Below the pieces are notes generated by a model. The model made no database searches, was not told where the DNA came from, and saw only the letters and a list, made by a program, of their open reading frames with translations. This document shows, piece by piece, positions 49,402 to 51,497 of a stretch of 51,497 bases of DNA. The translations under genes and the position numbers were made by a program. Numbering within the stretch: position 1 is the first letter of the stretch; the number at the start of each line of letters is the position of its first letter. Source of the stretch: a bacterium (GTDB lineage: Bacteria; Blakebacterota; Blakebacteria; Blakebacterales; Blakebacteraceae); the NCBI GenBank assembly GCA_025774615.1, contig JALGVQ010000004.1, positions 1 through 51,497 of the forward strand, in the 5' to 3' direction.

Positions 49402-50374
49402 GGGGAAAAGACGGATACTGATAACCGGAGGTGCGGGATTCATCGGGTCCCATGTCGCCGATGCCTTCCTGGAATCGGGACACGAGGTGGGTATTATCGA
49501 CAACCTGAGTACCGGGGAGAGGGCGCTCCTGCCGCCCGAAGCTGCCTTTTTCGAAGGTGACATACGGGATGAGGATTTCGTTCGGGGTGTGTTTGCGGAA
49601 TTCAGACCAGAGTTGCTCAATCACCTCGCTGCCCAGATGGACGTGCGCAAGTCGGTCGAGGACCCGCGACACGACGCTGAGGTGAACATCACCGGATCGC
49701 TTACGCTTCTCAACGCCTGCGTGGAACAGGGTGTGGAGCGGGTCCTCTTTTCCTCGACCGGGGGTGCGATCTACGGTGAGCAGTCCGTTTTCCCCGCAGA
49801 TGAATCCCATCCAGCCGATCCAATCTCACCCTACGGGGTCTCAAAGCTGGCGTTGGAAAAATACCTGCTGGCATATCGTACCATCCACGGCATCTCCTTT
49901 GCCGTTCTGAGGTATGCAAATGTCTACGGTCCCCGCCAGAACCCGTTCGGCGAGGCAGGTGTCGTGGCGATATTCACCCACAAGCTCCTTGGCCATGAGG
50001 AACCGGTGATCAATGGAGATGGTTTGCAGACGAGGGATTATGTCTACATCCGGGACGTCGTGTCGGCCAATATCGCGGCGCTGGCCGGACCAGAGACGAT
50101 CATAGCCAATATAGGCACCGGTGAGGAACATACTGTTGTCGATATCTATCACGGTGTGGTCCGGGCTGTGGGATGGGGGGGGGCTGAGTCGCATGGTCCG
50201 GCCAAGGCAGGTGAGCAGGAACGATCGGTCATCGATCCGATACTGGCCTGGAATACCTGGGGGTGGCGCCCACAGACTCCTCTTGAAGAGGGGCTGAACC
50301 GCACCGTTCGCTATTTCCGAAATGCAGCCGGGGAAACCGGCGGCGGGGGGCGTATCCGGGGTGACAGGCCGTAG
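49388..50374 (+). CDS. NAD-dependent sugar epimerase/dehydratase (GalE-like SDR)
   Basis: Rossmann motif ILITGGAGFIGSH and the catalytic YGVSK (YxxxK), in an extended-SDR architecture. Substrate cannot be determined. GTG start overlaps the upstream gene by 14 nt. Confidence 0.85.
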   Translation: MPDAEGKRRILITGGAGFIGSHVADAFLESGHEVGIIDNLSTGERALLPPEAAFFEGDIRDEDFVRGVFAEFRPELLNHLAAQMDVRKSVEDPRHDAEVNITGSLTLLNACVEQGVERVLFSSTGGAIYGEQSVFPADESHPADPISPYGVSKLALEKYLLAYRTIHGISFAVLRYANVYGPRQNPFGEAGVVAIFTHKLLGHEEPVINGDGLQTRDYVYIRDVVSANIAALAGPETIIANIGTGEEHTVVDIYHGVVRAVGWGGAESHGPAKAGEQERSVIDPILAWNTWGWRPQTPLEEGLNRTVRYFRNAAGETGGGGRIRGDRP

Positions 50375-51497
50375 CCGCAGCTTCCATTTCAGGTATTTTC
50401 TGGCCTCTGCGCTCCTGCTGACGCTCGCCCAACCCCCATTCCCGATGGGGTGGCTGGCCTATATAGCGCTGGTGCCTCTCCTGATCGGCATCGACGGGCT
50501 GAAGGGGAAGAGGGCGTTCCTCTGGGGGATCATATGGTCTCTCATGGTCAACGGTCTGGGACTCTACTGGATCGCCTGGGGGAATACGGGAGCGTTCTTC
50601 GGAGCACTGCTCTATCTCGGCCTGGTGGACGCGGTGTTCGTCTGGCTCCTGACCAGGGTACGCAGGGACGCCCGCGCGCTGATGCTTCCCTTTCTCTGGA
50701 CCGGATTCATGTTCATCAAGAGCCTCGGCGAGATGGGGTTCCCCTGGCTCACGCTCGCTCTCACCCAGACGTACAATCCAGCGGCGATCCAGCTGGCTGC
50801 CCTGGCCGGGTCGTGGTCAATCGACCTATGGGTTGCCAGTGTTAACAGTCTGATGTACAAGGGGATGTCACAATTAGCTCTTGTGACACATGACAAAAGA
50901 TTGCCGGTCATACTCAAAGCATTCGCGCCGGCGCTCATCGTGGCGCTCGCCGTGCTCTTCTATGGCAGGATCACCCTCTGGGCAGGTGGAGCCGGGGAAC
51001 GGGGACACTGGAGCGATTATCAGTCGGGTCAGCGAGTGGGGCCAGGGCCGGCATGGGTGGAGGAGGGTACTGAACCGCTCGATGTCGTGATTATACAGGG
51101 GAGTGTCCGGCCGGAGGTGAAACTGGCCAGACAGATGCTTCCGTACAATTTCTATCTTTACGAACGGCTCACCAGAGCGGCTGTTGCCCGGGCCGGCGAG
51201 GGGCTGGAACTCGTTGTGTGGCCTGAAACGGCGATACCGCAGTACCTGAACTCCTCTCTTCGGGCACACCGGTTTGCAACCGGCCTGCAGAAGGACCTGG
51301 GACTGCCGATCTTGACGGGAGCCTTCTCCGCCACTCGTGGGGAGCAGCCCTCCAGGTACTTCAACTCGGCGATGATGGTTACCGCTGATGGTATTTCGCA
51401 GAGTGAAGAGATCTACAACAAGCGACTGCTCGTTCCCTTCGGTGAGAGGGTCCCCTATCAGCAGATATTCAGCTTCATGCGCGACTGGAGCATGGGG
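50361..51497 (+). CDS. lnt: Apolipoprotein N-acyltransferase (3' end outside window)
   Basis: Not in the supplied ORF track because no stop falls inside the window. My hand translation of the frame starting at GTG 50361 gives a polytopic N-terminus (FLASALLLTLAQPPFPMGWLAYIALVPLL...) and the start of the CN-hydrolase domain (LELVVWPETAIPQYL ... YNKRLLVPFGERVPY). Confidence 0.85.
   Translation, partial: MTGRSRSFHFRYFLASALLLTLAQPPFPMGWLAYIALVPLLIGIDGLKGKRAFLWGIIWSLMVNGLGLYWIAWGNTGAFFGALLYLGLVDAVFVWLLTRVRRDARALMLPFLWTGFMFIKSLGEMGFPWLTLALTQTYNPAAIQLAALAGSWSIDLWVASVNSLMYKGMSQLALVTHDKRLPVILKAFAPALIVALAVLFYGRITLWAGGAGERGHWSDYQSGQRVGPGPAWVEEGTEPLDVVIIQGSVRPEVKLARQMLPYNFYLYERLTRAAVARAGEGLELVVWPETAIPQYLNSSLRAHRFATGLQKDLGLPILTGAFSATRGEQPSRYFNSAMMVTADGISQSEEIYNKRLLVPFGERVPYQQIFSFMRDWSMG

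Overview
The window is a GC-rich (judged by eye, not computed), very tightly packed stretch of bacterial core genome. About 47 protein genes are present and all but one (glnE) lie on the + strand. Many neighbouring genes overlap by 1 or 4 nt (ATGA, GTGA or TGATG junctions). In order the genes are: maf (5' partial), rodZ-like, priA, rho, rpmE, prfA, prmC, murA, dnaE, lptE-like, a GWxTD-like lipoprotein, glnA, glnD, glnE (- strand), glnB, purN, purH, mreB, mreC, mreD, mrdA, rodA, lgt, yicC, gmk, rpoZ, coaBC, a family-4 uracil-DNA glycosylase, dnaB, mlaE, mlaF, yajC, def, fmt, rsmB, a kinase-less PASTA protein, rpe, ffh, rpsP, rimM, trmD, rplS, an rnhB-yraN fusion, an Atg22/UMF1-like MFS transporter, a putative lipoprotein, a GalE-like epimerase and lnt (3' partial). 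LptE, MlaEF, Lgt and Lnt indicate a diderm organism, but the phylum cannot be assigned from this sequence alone. I found no rRNA or tRNA genes, CRISPR arrays, transposases, integrases or recognisable defence or accessory islands, so this is housekeeping DNA and I do not claim a novel multi-gene system. Seven things do merit a second look. (1) A 31-nt hairpin-containing element is repeated at 30/31 identity upstream of both glnB and purN, with a weaker third copy before lgt. (2) The 356-nt glnB-purN spacer is unusually long and has alternative hairpins over the purN start codon. (3) The complete glutamine-synthetase modification cascade (glnA, glnD, glnE, glnB) sits in one locus. (4) Ribosomal protein S16 carries a 6 x 39-bp acidic tandem-repeat tail. 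(5) RNase HII and YraN are fused in frame. (6) A PASTA-only protein occupies the position that the PrkC kinase holds in the Firmicutes def-fmt-rsmB...rpe cluster. (7) rodA contains a long G homopolymer and a 12-bp in-frame duplication of its conserved IQPS motif. All functional calls rest on motif recognition in the supplied translations; no database search was possible.
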